A DNA stretch of 64,000 nt from an uncultured delta proteobacterium. GTDB lineage: Bacteria > Desulfobacterota > Desulfobaccia > Desulfobaccales > 0-14-0-80-60-11. Location of the stretch: contig CAVYJK010000028.1 of assembly GCA_963768765.1 (NCBI GenBank), positions 48,576 through 112,575 on the forward strand, in the 5' to 3' direction. Below, one piece after another: positions 1 to 9,248 of the stretch. The notes beneath the pieces are model-generated. The model was not told the DNA's origin and made no database searches. It saw only the letters and a list, made by a program, of their open reading frames with translations. A program made the translations under genes and the position numbers. Every line of letters starts with the position of its first letter. Positions within the stretch are counted from its first letter, which is position 1.

Positions 1-353
1 TTGGCCCGGGTCAGCGGGTGGCACAGGGATTTTCTCAGATAGCCTTCCCCGTAGCCCTGGCGCACCCCTTCCTGGATGGCATTCTCCAGGTTGCCGCCCA
101 CCAGGTGCACGTCCTGGCCCAACTCCACGAAGACCACGGCCAGGCCGCAGTCCTGGCACATGGGGATGCGCTCTTCCCCGGCGATGCGGGCGTTTTCCAG
201 CAGTTGGCGAAAGATCTCCCGGCCGCTTTCCGACTCTTCTTCCTCGGCCCCCCGGGCCAGGGCCCGCAGGAGGTCCTCTTCCGGTTCATAATTGGCGGCA
301 ATGGCCGCCTCCTTCACGGCCCGGGTGACTCGGGCCACCTCGATTTCTCGCAT
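1..353 (-). CDS. Fe-S hydro-lyase, class I fumarate hydratase / tartrate dehydratase alpha-type subunit, N-terminal part (3' end lies beyond the left window edge)
   Basis: Missing from the ORF track because it is open at the window edge. Manual minus-strand translation from ATG at 353-351 gives MREIEVARVTRAVKEAAIAANYEPEEDLLRALARGAEEEESESGREIFRQLLENARIAGEERIPMCQDCGLAVVFVELGQDVHLVGGNLENAIQEGVRQGYGEGYLRKS. This matches the conserved N-terminus of FumA/TtdA-type hydro-lyases (CQD.G..V.F.E.GQDVH, GYLRKS). Confidence 0.7.
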   Translation of the reverse strand, partial: MREIEVARVTRAVKEAAIAANYEPEEDLLRALARGAEEEESESGREIFRQLLENARIAGEERIPMCQDCGLAVVFVELGQDVHLVGGNLENAIQEGVRQGYGEGYLRKSLCHPLTRA

Positions 354-367
354 GGATGCTCCTATTG

Positions 368-508
368 CAGTTTTCGGTTTTCAGTTTTCGGTTTCCGGTT
401 AAAAAAATGGGCGTTAGGCTGTTGCGGGTCCGGTCTCCCCTCCTTGAAAGGAGTATGCAAAAATCAAGAAAAATCCCGATTAATCTTTTTACCGAAAACC
501 GAAAACCG
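368..508. repeat. Inverted pair of GTTTTCG-type tandem heptamer blocks (368-400 and 491-508) flanking ~90 bp
   Basis: 368-400 reads cagttttcggttttcagttttcggtttccggtt. 491-508 reads accgaaaaccgaaaaccg, which is the reverse complement motif. The pair lies between the PBP1A stop and the hydro-lyase start. Confidence 0.8.
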
Positions 509-511
509 TCC

Positions 512-2874
512 TTATTCGTCCAGGTCGCTCTTGAAGAACTGCTGACTGGATGCCTGGGGAGCCTGGGTCTTTTCCTGAGTTGCTTCGTCCTCAGGATAGA
601 AGTCCTCCGTTGCCGCGGCCGCTTCTTCGTCCCGGGCCGTGCCATCCGCGCCCCGGGCCAGGATCGTGGACGGGAGTTCCGGGAATTGTTCCACCGGCTG
701 CCCCTTCAGGGCTTCCTTCATGTAGGCGATGAAGATGGGGGCCGCGGCCTGGGAGCCGGTCTCTTTGGGCCCCAGGCTGCGCTCGTCGTCCATGCCCACC
801 CAGGTCGCCGGTGATGAGGGAGGGGGTAAAGCCGATGAACCAGGCGTCCCGGGTGCGGTTGGTGGTGCCGGTCTTGCCGCCCATGGGCCGGCCCAGGACT
901 TTAACCCGGGTGGCCGTGCCCCGCTCCACCACCCCCATCAGGAGCTGGGTCATGGTCTGGGCCGTGTGCGGATTGAGCACCTGGTGCTTCTGGGGGTGGT
1001 TCTCCGCCAGCACCCGCCCGTCCCGGTCCTCGATGCGCTCGATGAAGATGGGCTCCACCAGGTCGCCCTGGTTGGGGAAGACCGAGTAGGCCCGGGTGAG
1101 CTCCATGAGGGTGACTTCCGAAGCCCCCAGGGCCGAGGCGTAGTTGGGGAAGATGGGGGTGGTGAGCCCCAGGGTCTGGGCCATCTTCACCGTGGCCGGG
1201 ATGCCGATGGACATCATCAGCCGCACGGTGGGCACGTTGCGGGACCGGGCCAGGGCAGTGGCCAGGGGGATGGGGCCGTCGAAGTGGTGGTCGTAGTTCT
1301 GGGGCGCCCAGACCTGGCCCCGGCGCCCCCCGGGCAGCGAGATGGGCGCGTCCAGCAGCATGGAGTCGGGACGGTAACCCCTATCCACCGCGGCGGCATA
1401 GATGATGGGTTTAAAGGCGCTGCCGGGCTGGCGGTGGGCCTGGATGGCCCGGTTAAAGGTGCTGTCGGCGAAATCCTTGCCGCCCATGAGGACCCGGACC
1501 TTACCCGTCTTGAGCTCCATGGAGACCACCGCCGCCTGCACCATGGGAGCGGGGACGAGCTCCGCCACCCACCGGTTCTGGCGCCGGTCCTTATCCAGCA
1601 GCCGCACCTGCACCACGTCCCCGGGCTTCAGGGACGGCCAGCAGGCTGGCGGCCCGGGTCTGGCCCTTGGTGGGCTCTTGCAGGATCCCAGCATATTCCC
1701 CCAGGCGGATGGTCACCACCTGGCGCCGCCGGTCAAATTGGGTCACCACCGCGGTCACCGACAGGCCCCGGCGGGGGGGATATTTGCGATAATACTTGTT
1801 CTGCCGGTCCAGGTAGGCGGTCAACTCTTTGCCCTTCAGGTGCCGGAGAGGGCCCTTGTAGCCGTTGCGCTGGATCAGGCCGTCGATGCCCTGCTTGATG
1901 GCTTCCTGGGCGTCTTTGTGGAGGTCCACGTCCGCGGTGGTGTAGACCTTTAGCCCCAGGCTATAGACCGACTCCTTGCCGAAGCGGTCTTCCAGCAGAG
2001 TCCGCACCTGCTCGTTGAAGTAGCCGCACTCCTTGATCCAGTCGGGCCGGAAGGGCTTCAATCTAATGGACTGGTTCAAGGCCGCGGCCTCTTCCGCCTT
2101 GCTGATGAACCCCACTTCGGCCATGCGCCGCAAGACGTAGGTCTGGCGCTCCTTGGCCCGCTGGGGGTTAAGATAGGGATCGTAACGGCTGGGGGCCTTG
2201 GGGATACCCGCCAGGATGGCCGACTCCGCCAGGGTCAGGTCTTCCACGTGCTTGGAAAAATACTCCTGGGCCGCGGCCTCCACCCCGTAGGCCCCGTGGC
2301 CCAGAAAGATGTGGTTCAGATAGAGATTGAGAATCTCTTCCTTGGTCAGGTAATTGTCGATGCGGTAGGCCAGCACCGCCTCCCGGATCTTGCGGGCCAG
2401 GCTCTTCTCCGAAGTCAAGAGGATCCGCTTCACCACCTGCTGGGTGATGGTGCTGCCGCCCTGGACCACTTCGCCGGCCTCCAGGTTACGGAAAAAGGCC
2501 CGGACGATGCCGGTGACGTCCACCCCGGGGTGCTCGAAGAAGCGGGCGTCCTCCGCGGCCACAAAGGCCAGGACGAGGTGCCGGGGCAGCCGGCTGTAAG
2601 GCACCTCGATGCGGCGCTCCGAGTAGAACTCCCCGATGCGGCGGCCGTCCCGGGCGAAGATGGTGGTCACCACCGAGGGCCGGAACTCTTTGATGGAGGT
2701 GAAATCCGGCAGATCGCTCAAAAAGTGATAGTAGATGTAACCCGCCGCCCCCGCCCCGGCCAGCAGCCCGGTGAAGACCAGGCCGTACAGCACCCAGCTC
2801 AGCCGCCGGGCCCAGCGCCGCCGCTGATGGTATTTCTCCAACCGGTCGGGGTTGGGTCCTTTGAAGATCCTCAT
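512..2874 (-). CDS. mrcA: Penicillin-binding protein 1A (GT51 transglycosylase + transpeptidase); reading frame broken twice (approx 1630-1660 and approx 808)
   Basis: Three consecutive minus-strand ORFs read as one protein. 1591..2874 is the TM helix plus GT51 domain (EDARFFEHPG, GGSTITQQ, RKIRE). 591..1694 is the transpeptidase (SAFKP, SRN, KTGTT). 512..799 is the C-terminal tail (GMDDERSLGPKETGSQAAAPIF). Conservation continues across both frame switches. Confidence 0.9.
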
Positions 2875-2978
2875 TTCCTTCCGCTTACCCTAATTTATGG
2901 CTAATTTTGCTCCGGCATCCTAAGGGGAGCTAACTTGCCGGCTCCCTGCCGGCGCCCTATGATCCTTGCCAGGCTCAA

Positions 2979-3054
2979 TAATCCCCCCCTGCCCCCCTTT
3001 ATGAAAGGGGGGTGAAAGTCCCCCTTTTTTAAAGGGGGATTTAGGGGGATTTTC
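2979..3054. repeat. Family A MITE-like palindromic element (AATCCCCC...GGGGGATT termini, internal CCCCCTTT/AAAGGGGG hairpins)
   Basis: Sequence is aataatccccccctgccccccttt atg aaaggggggtgaaagtccccctttttt aaagggggatttagggggatttt. The same architecture recurs at 30778-30890 and 42555-42642. Confidence 0.8.
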
Positions 3055-3152
3055 CTCCCCGGCATCTCCCCCGGGCGCCCAGATGAGCCGCAGGGGCGCT
3101 GGCGTCCCCGCCGGTGGATTCCCACTTCCCGCCAATGATTAATTATACCCGA

Positions 3153-3407
3153 TTATTCGCCTTCTTTAAAGTTCTCCAAAAATTGCCGGACCTGCACCCC
3201 CAGGCTGACGCAGACGTGCCCGTCCATGCACCGGTCGGCATCCGCTTTGTCAATGTAGGTAGATAATTCGTGGGGGCCTTTGGTTAACTTGAAGACGTAG
3301 GTGTTTTTCTCGTCGTCGAAGGTCAGGCTGGGGATTACCCCATACTTGCCGATCTCCGGGTACATATCCAGAATCTTGGTCTTCAAACCCACAACAGTAT
3401 AACCCAT
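3153..3407 (-). CDS. Small hypothetical protein (84 aa)
   Basis: ATG-initiated ORF with GGAGAGA upstream. It has balanced, non-repetitive composition and lower GC than the flanks. I recognise no family. Confidence 0.5.
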   Translation of the reverse strand: MGYTVVGLKTKILDMYPEIGKYGVIPSLTFDDEKNTYVFKLTKGPHELSTYIDKADADRCMDGHVCVSLGVQVRQFLENFKEGE

Positions 3408-3482
3408 GGTTGTCTCTCCTTGTCCATAAATTTAGGGCGGTTGTGACCAAAGCACCGCGCCGCCGAACCCGTCAATGGCCTG

Positions 3483-3508
3483 ATTTAAAAATAGGGCCAA
3501 CATGGCCC
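3483..3508 (-). terminator. Weak intrinsic terminator candidate (GGGCCA-UGU-UGGCCC followed by UAUUUUUAAAU on the minus strand)
   Basis: The 6-bp stem spans 3494-3508 and the U-rich tail is the complement of 3483-3493. It closes the ~450-nt non-coding stretch downstream of comM. Confidence 0.3.
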
Positions 3509-3940
3509 CGGGGCAAGGAGAGGAGAAATTTTCCCTCAAAAGTCTAGGACTTAACTTCAGGTGGCCCTCCCAGTAAGATTCCGAGTCTCATAACATCGGG
3601 CAGGGGCATAGATTATGGCATCTAAGAGCGCCTGGCGGATAAGTCGCCATGAGGATACTTTGCGCCTTCGCCGGTGCCGGACCGGTACCGCAGGGTCAGC
3701 TTCCGGTCCGGCGCGGTCGTGGGCCGGGGCCAGGTTCGCCTCCCCTTCCCTCCTTCTGGGTTTTGTGCCTGGGGGGATTTTACCGGAAAATCAAGGGTAA
3801 AGGATAGCGTTTCCCAAGAGGGGGTGGCCCTGCAGCAGGGATTCGATGCCGGTACCTGGAGACGGGGGGAGAAAGGCAAGAACCGGCCTCCGCCGCGCTT
3901 CCGGGAGAAACTACCGGCAATTTTCAAGGATATGCCACGG

Positions 3941-5518
3941 TTAAATTAAATATTGCTGCGTTACCTCCTTAAGAAACATAACGCCTTTTTGACTGCTAAA
4001 CTGACGATCCAGGGTGCGGTACTGGATAGCTTCGGCCACGTGGGCGAGAGCAAGATCAATTTCACCTTCCAGGTCGGCGATGGTGCGGGCGATCTTCAGG
4101 ATACGGGTGTAGGCCCGGGCGGAGAGGCCCAGGCGTTCCACGGCAGCCTCCAACAGACGCCGGGGTTCCGACCCCAGGGCACAATATTCTTTGATCATGC
4201 GGGGGGTCATATGGTTGTTGGCAAAGATCCGAGTTCTGGCAAAACGTTTTCCTTGCCTACCCCTGGCTGCCAGAACTTGCGCTCTCATTTCTTTAGAACC
4301 CTCACCACCCGAATCGTCCGCCAGGTCTTGGAAGGGTACTGCAAATACTTGTATCTGAATATCTATGCGGTCCAGCAAGGGGCCCGAAATTCTCGAGCGG
4401 TAATGCTTGATCTGCTGAGGGGTGCAGGAACACACCCGACGCGGGTCTCCATATAGGCCGCAAAAACAGGGATTCATGGCAGCCACCAGCATAAATCGGG
4501 CCGGGTAGGTAGTGGTGGCGGCGGCCCGAGAGATGGTCACCACCCCATCTTCCAAAGGCTGCCGCAGCACCTCCAGGGTGGAGCGCTTGAACTCCGGCAA
4601 TTCATCCAAGAAAAGAACGCCGTGGTGGGCCAGGCTAACCTCACCCGGCCTGGGAATATTTCCACCCCCGACGAGACCGGCATCGGATATGGTGTGATGG
4701 GGAGAACGGAAGGGCCGCTGATTGAGCAGCCCTTGACCTGGCTTAAGAAGACCCATCACACTATAAATCTTGGAGGCTTCCAGAGCCTCTTCAAAATTCA
4801 AGGGTGGGAGAATGCTGGGAAGGCGCTGGGCCAGCATGGTCTTCCCCGAACCCGGCGGACCAATCATCAGGACATTGTGACCGCCAGCCGCGGCCAGAAG
4901 CAAGGCTCGTTTTACCGGCTCCTGGCCTTTGACTTCCCCGAAATCCAGCTCGTACTCTGATTCCAGGTTTACCGCCTCCACCGGTACCGGCGGCAATGGG
5001 GCCAGGTGCTCCCGCCCTGCCAGGAACTCCACCAATTGTGCCAGACTATCGACGGGATAAATCTCGATATCCTGAACCACCCCAGCCTCTTGGGCATTCT
5101 GGCGGGGAATCACCAGGGCCAGACCTGCCTGGCGAGTGGCCAGGGCCATGGACAGCACCCCCCGGGTGGGTTTCAGCCGGCCATCCAGGGACAACTCCCC
5201 GAATATCAAAAACTTTTCCAAGGGGTCCTGGGGCACGATGCCCTGGGCGGTGAGGATGCCGACGGCCACCGGCAAGTCAAAACCGGTACCCTCTTTACGC
5301 ACATCCGCCGGGGCGAGATTGATGGTGATACGATTGCTGGGGTATTGATAACCGGAATTCTTTAACGCGGCTCGTACCCGATCCTTGCTCTCTTTGACGG
5401 CAGCCTCGGGCAACCCTACGGTGGTAAAGGCCGGGAGACCGGGGGCCAGATCAACCTCCACCTCCACCAAGAAGGCGTCCACCCCACGAAGGGCGCCGCT
5501 TTTCACCCGAGCAAGCAT
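3941..5518 (-). CDS. comM: YifB/ComM family Mg-chelatase-like ATPase
   Basis: 525 aa. It has an N-terminal Lon-protease-like domain, Walker A GPPGSGKTMLAQRL, LFLDELPEF and a C-terminal AEAIQYRTLDR. This is the typical ComM/YifB architecture. Confidence 0.9.
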   Translation of the reverse strand: MLARVKSGALRGVDAFLVEVEVDLAPGLPAFTTVGLPEAAVKESKDRVRAALKNSGYQYPSNRITINLAPADVRKEGTGFDLPVAVGILTAQGIVPQDPLEKFLIFGELSLDGRLKPTRGVLSMALATRQAGLALVIPRQNAQEAGVVQDIEIYPVDSLAQLVEFLAGREHLAPLPPVPVEAVNLESEYELDFGEVKGQEPVKRALLLAAAGGHNVLMIGPPGSGKTMLAQRLPSILPPLNFEEALEASKIYSVMGLLKPGQGLLNQRPFRSPHHTISDAGLVGGGNIPRPGEVSLAHHGVLFLDELPEFKRSTLEVLRQPLEDGVVTISRAAATTTYPARFMLVAAMNPCFCGLYGDPRRVCSCTPQQIKHYRSRISGPLLDRIDIQIQVFAVPFQDLADDSGGEGSKEMRAQVLAARGRQGKRFARTRIFANNHMTPRMIKEYCALGSEPRRLLEAAVERLGLSARAYTRILKIARTIADLEGEIDLALAHVAEAIQYRTLDRQFSSQKGVMFLKEVTQQYLI

Positions 5519-5695
5519 GATGGTTCTTCTTAAACAGGGGCAAGTCTTTCCCAGGCTCGCCCAGATTCCTCGAAACTGTCTCTACAAAGTTGCCGGGATT
5601 ATTTCACCAGAGGTAACACGGTCCCTTCGATTACCGCCCAGACCAACAGTAATATCAACAAGACCAAGATCAGGCTCTCTTTGTTAAATTTCGAT

Positions 5696-6292
5696 TTATT
5701 GACCTTTTATCCTGATATCGGCATAGGGCCAGACCTTCCGGGTGTCATAAAGTACTAAAAACCCCCATAATGCAAGTAATGCTATCTTATCGAGATAATA
5801 TGCCACCTCTCTCCCGCGGATAGAGATTATAATATTGCTGATTAATAGTAATGTTATGGCAAATATGACGAACTTTTCCATGATAATTAACGGCCAATAC
5901 CAGGCTGATTTATTCTTCAGGAATTTGGTAATCTTGATATATTTGTCATACACCCAGACCGGGTCGATGCCTTCAACGCTCAACTGGATGGAATATTTGC
6001 TAAAATCCAGTAAAACCACTTTATCGAACCGGGTCTTTTGGTCCCAGCCTTCGATCCAGAATGACAGGTCCGTAATTTGGTCCGGGAAGTCCTTCTGGTT
6101 GAAAAAGTCTTCCACCGAATTGGCAAACACCCGGGTGTTGCCCAGGTTGCTGGAGACTCGGAAGTATCTGTCGATCTCCGGCTTCGTGAAAGTCTCCTGA
6201 ATTATGGCCGCCAGGTTCTGCAGATCATTCTTATCCAGAGAGCATGGCCTGATGCTTCCTCTCCTTTCGTACCGTTTTTCGATATTTGCCAT
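5696..6292 (-). CDS. Orphan hypothetical membrane protein in an AT-rich islet (likely start ATG 6292; track ORF extends to 6340)
   Basis: A soluble N-terminal ~130 aa is followed by two hydrophobic helices (WYWPLIIMEKFVIFAITLLLISNIIISI and IALLALWGFLVLY). It is markedly AT-rich compared with neighbours. I recognise no family. Confidence 0.55.
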   Translation of the reverse strand: MANIEKRYERRGSIRPCSLDKNDLQNLAAIIQETFTKPEIDRYFRVSSNLGNTRVFANSVEDFFNQKDFPDQITDLSFWIEGWDQKTRFDKVVLLDFSKYSIQLSVEGIDPVWVYDKYIKITKFLKNKSAWYWPLIIMEKFVIFAITLLLISNIIISIRGREVAYYLDKIALLALWGFLVLYDTRKVWPYADIRIKGQ

Positions 6293-6604
6293 TCCCTGCC
6301 CTCTGGTCCGGACTCTGGCCCACCATAATCCATTAAGCATATATTTTCAATGATAAATCTCTGCCCGGATTGAACCCGTGCCGGCAGGACTGACCTCCTT
6401 TTTCCCTAGGCGGAAGGATGAAGAACTAGCCGTGCCATGAGGGCCGCGGTAGGGCAAATAGCGGGGCGGAATCTGAAGTTACGCCCGGATGGCGGCGGAG
6501 TCGCCGCCCGGGAGGCTGGTGGTTTGGAAGGTTTAGGGGTTGAGGCGGGCGGGGGAAAACGTCCGGCCTTAGGAGGGCGGAGCCTGGCCGGTTTTGAAGA
6601 TTGC

Positions 6605-6967
6605 CTAACGGAGCTTCCCTTCCTCCAATAATTCCTCCAGGGATTTCCCGGAATAACCATAACACATGACCGGCTTCACCACCTGCTGCTGCTTGACCTT
6701 CCTGGCCCCGGTCAGTTGTTTCATGGGTTTGGGCGGCTCGATTTCCGTAACTATGGGAGACTTGGTTTTGATGAAACCGGCCCGCAGTCCATAGATATCA
6801 AAGATGGTGCCGTTAGCAAACCAGCCCAGCTGTTTCCCGTTCCAGCCGTAAATCCGGTCTCCGTCCAGATAAGCCGCGGGGATTCCATCCCACAGGTAAA
6901 CGGTTTCGCGGTCATCGGCGAAATAGGCCACCGGTTTGCCCTTCTTATTAAAGAGTCCAACCTCCAT
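6605..6967 (-). CDS. 4-fold beta-flower-like small protein (120 aa)
   Basis: It carries the repeated hairpin pattern KGKPVAYFADDRETVYLWDGIPAAYLDGDRIYGWNGKQLGWFANGTIFD, then a K/P-rich tail. This matches my recollection of the family annotated as 4-fold beta flower protein. Function is unknown. Confidence 0.55.
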   Translation of the reverse strand: MEVGLFNKKGKPVAYFADDRETVYLWDGIPAAYLDGDRIYGWNGKQLGWFANGTIFDIYGLRAGFIKTKSPIVTEIEPPKPMKQLTGARKVKQQQVVKPVMCYGYSGKSLEELLEEGKLR

Positions 6968-7021
6968 CTTGAGCCACTCCCTTAAATTTGCCGGGTGATT
7001 AGACGGTTTGCAACCCGGCCC

Positions 7022-7447
7022 TCAGTTCTCCAGGCGCTGCGCCAGTTCGATCTTCATGCAGTGATCCATAACCACTTCCAGACCGGCTTCCCTGGCTTTG
7101 CGGGCCGAGGTGGGGTCAACCAGACCCAACTGCATCCACACCACTTTGGCGCCTACTGCTATGGCCTCGGCCACAACTGCCGGAATGGCCTCCGCTTTCC
7201 GGAAGATATCCACCACCTCCACCGGGAAGGGAATCTCCTTGAGGCTGGGGTAGCACTTCTCTCCTAAAATCTCGGCGCAGCCCGGATTCACCGGGATAAT
7301 GCAGTAACCGTGCTGCTTAAGGTACTGGGCCACCTGATAGCTGGGCCGACCGGGATCGGCGGACAGTCCCACCACCGCCACGGTGCGGTAGTTCTGCAGG
7401 ATTGCCCCGATCTCCTCGGGGCCGGCACTGAGTTGGCTATCGTTCAC
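7022..7447 (-). CDS. CoA-binding domain protein (YccU/YneT type)
   Basis: 141 aa, with YRTVAVVGLSADPGRPSYQVAQYLKQHGYCIIPVNP and a Rossmann-like CoA-binding signature. Confidence 0.8.
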   Translation of the reverse strand: MNDSQLSAGPEEIGAILQNYRTVAVVGLSADPGRPSYQVAQYLKQHGYCIIPVNPGCAEILGEKCYPSLKEIPFPVEVVDIFRKAEAIPAVVAEAIAVGAKVVWMQLGLVDPTSARKAREAGLEVVMDHCMKIELAQRLEN

Positions 7448-7521
7448 ACCGCCTCCCTCCCCGGAGCAATCGCCGGGGGCGAGGGGAGAGGGAACTACGG
7501 CCGCGCCTCTCCCATTGATTC

Positions 7522-8313
7522 TTAGGGGTTCGTGGGACTTCCCTGACTGACCGCCTCCGGCTTCGCTTCCAGGCCTTTGCCGATCTTCAGGGCCGTTTTG
7601 ATAAACTGGTAGCCGAATTTCAGGAGTTCGACGTCGTCTTCCCGGAGGCGCTGCTGCAGGTCGTCCTCCACCTGGAAGACTTGCAGAAAGCGGCTTTCAA
7701 AGACGAAGCGGCGAAACTGGTCCAGGTCGTACATCACCAGGTAAAACAGATTGTTGCCGCGCTCGTCGGTGACCGCGTCTCCCTGGGGGCCCCGGCGCAG
7801 CATCATGGTCTTCCACTCCAGGTTCATTTCGTCGTATTTGTCCACTCCCTGGTCTTCCCGCCAGGAGGCCACGGTCCATTCGGCCTCCTCCTCGTAGCCC
7901 TTGCAGTGCTCTTCCCGCACGTAGAAGAAAAATTCCTCCGGACCTTTTTCGGTAATCAGGGTGCCCTGGCCGATGGGGTAGTAGCGGCAGCTGGCCGGCC
8001 GGTCGCTGTAGACCGTGCAGCCGGTGACGGGCTTGACGAAAGGACATTTGCCTGCAAACCTGGGCATATCCAGGATGACCACGGGCAGGCCCGATTTGTC
8101 GTGGGCCTCCCGGCGGGTATACTTGGCGAGGAAGTCTCCGGATTTGATCCCCAGGCGTTCTTTCAGACGCAGGATGTCGTAAGGAGTGAGGATAATGGTG
8201 GTTTTGCCGCAGCATTCGGTAAAGCAAGGCACTCCCGGGTGGCAGCGAAATTTGAACCGACTGTGCAGCGACAGCTGAGTGGGCTGCACCACCCGCATGT
8301 TCAAGTCAACCAT
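7522..8313 (-). CDS. YkgJ-family cysteine-cluster protein (UPF0153)
   Basis: N-terminal CHPGVPCFTECCG (C..C..CC type), with further Cys at CPFVKPVTGCTVY and CRYYP. Confidence 0.7.
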   Translation of the reverse strand: MVDLNMRVVQPTQLSLHSRFKFRCHPGVPCFTECCGKTTIILTPYDILRLKERLGIKSGDFLAKYTRREAHDKSGLPVVILDMPRFAGKCPFVKPVTGCTVYSDRPASCRYYPIGQGTLITEKGPEEFFFYVREEHCKGYEEEAEWTVASWREDQGVDKYDEMNLEWKTMMLRRGPQGDAVTDERGNNLFYLVMYDLDQFRRFVFESRFLQVFQVEDDLQQRLREDDVELLKFGYQFIKTALKIGKGLEAKPEAVSQGSPTNP

Positions 8314-8566
8314 AAAGATGCTCCTTGAGATTTTTCCTTGTTAAGCGAATATTTTATCAGAAATTTCATCCAAACAAAAACCCTTTATGGACGGGGTCCG
8401 GCCGCCGCCGCCGGTTGTGGAGGAGGCCAGGGGCAGCAAGCCCCTGCCCCAACCCCGTAAGCAAGGGCGGGTTTAAACCCGTCCTTGCATCACCGGCTAG
8501 ACGCCGGCGCCTGAACCGCCGGGGCGGCTGTTCCACCCAAGAACTTTGCGGAACCGGTCTTAACTT

Positions 8567-9118
8567 CTAATCATCCATCACCAGTTCGAGCCGGCGAGAC
8601 ACTTCATCCTGGACGTCGAAGCTTGAATCCGGGTCACCTTCATATCTGTATTGTAACTCATAGGCATCCATTTCCAGGGGGATGGCTGCGTAATTAAAGC
8701 CCTGATTGACCCAGCCGACGATGAATAACTCTATAAACTTGTCCAATCCCACAATGTCATATTGAACCACATGAACCAATTCGTGAAAGATTAGGGAGTT
8801 GAGATTGTTCCTAATAGCATCTTCTACTATCAAGACGGTGTCGACAAAGGTAATCCCCAACATGCGGCTGAAGTCCAACACCGGGGCGCTGGACTGGGCG
8901 AAAATGGGGCGATATTGCTCCAGGAAGGCGGGATTCTCAAGGGCCGGAACCGTAACGATCCTGACTTTAGTCAGCAGGTTGCGGTCGAAGTACCTGGCAA
9001 ATTCGGATAGCTGGTTATCGGACAGCGCCTGTCCCAGGGGCCTGAAAGCCGTTCTCTGGTCCGCCACCCATTGCCGGCCCAGGTCAATCAGTTGAGCGAT
9101 GAGCTGGTTCATAGTCAT
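8567..9118 (-). CDS. Hypothetical protein with HExxH zinc-metallopeptidase motif (DUF4157-like)
   Basis: 183 aa with no signal peptide. The motif LIFHELVHVVQY is preceded by GITFVDTVLIV, resembling the HEL.HV.Q core of DUF4157. GC is lower than the qmo genes. Confidence 0.45.
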   Translation of the reverse strand: MTMNQLIAQLIDLGRQWVADQRTAFRPLGQALSDNQLSEFARYFDRNLLTKVRIVTVPALENPAFLEQYRPIFAQSSAPVLDFSRMLGITFVDTVLIVEDAIRNNLNSLIFHELVHVVQYDIVGLDKFIELFIVGWVNQGFNYAAIPLEMDAYELQYRYEGDPDSSFDVQDEVSRRLELVMDD

Positions 9119-9189
9119 AGGATTTCCCTCACAGTATTGCAGGCTGACCCATCTTATTAAATAATTTCCCGGTTTTCAAAGCCTATCGC

Positions 9190-9222
9190 AAAAAAAAACC
9201 GGCCCCCTGCCAAGGGGGCCGG
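9190..9222 (-). terminator. Rho-independent terminator after qmoC
   Basis: Minus strand reads CCGGCCCCCU-UGGC-AGGGGGCCGG (10-bp perfect stem, 9199-9222) followed by U9 (complement of A9 at 9190-9198). It lies 27 nt downstream of the qmoC stop. Confidence 0.9.
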
Positions 9223-9248
9223 TTTGCTTTGCCTGGCGGACCGGCCTA

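Noticed and set aside
3815-3870. tmRNA-like 5' motif GGGGGUGGCCCUGCAGCAGGGAUUCGAUGCCGG on the plus strand
   Set aside because: A ~360-nt tmRNA starting here would run antisense through the 3' end of comM. No matching 3' acceptor strand or T-arm was found.
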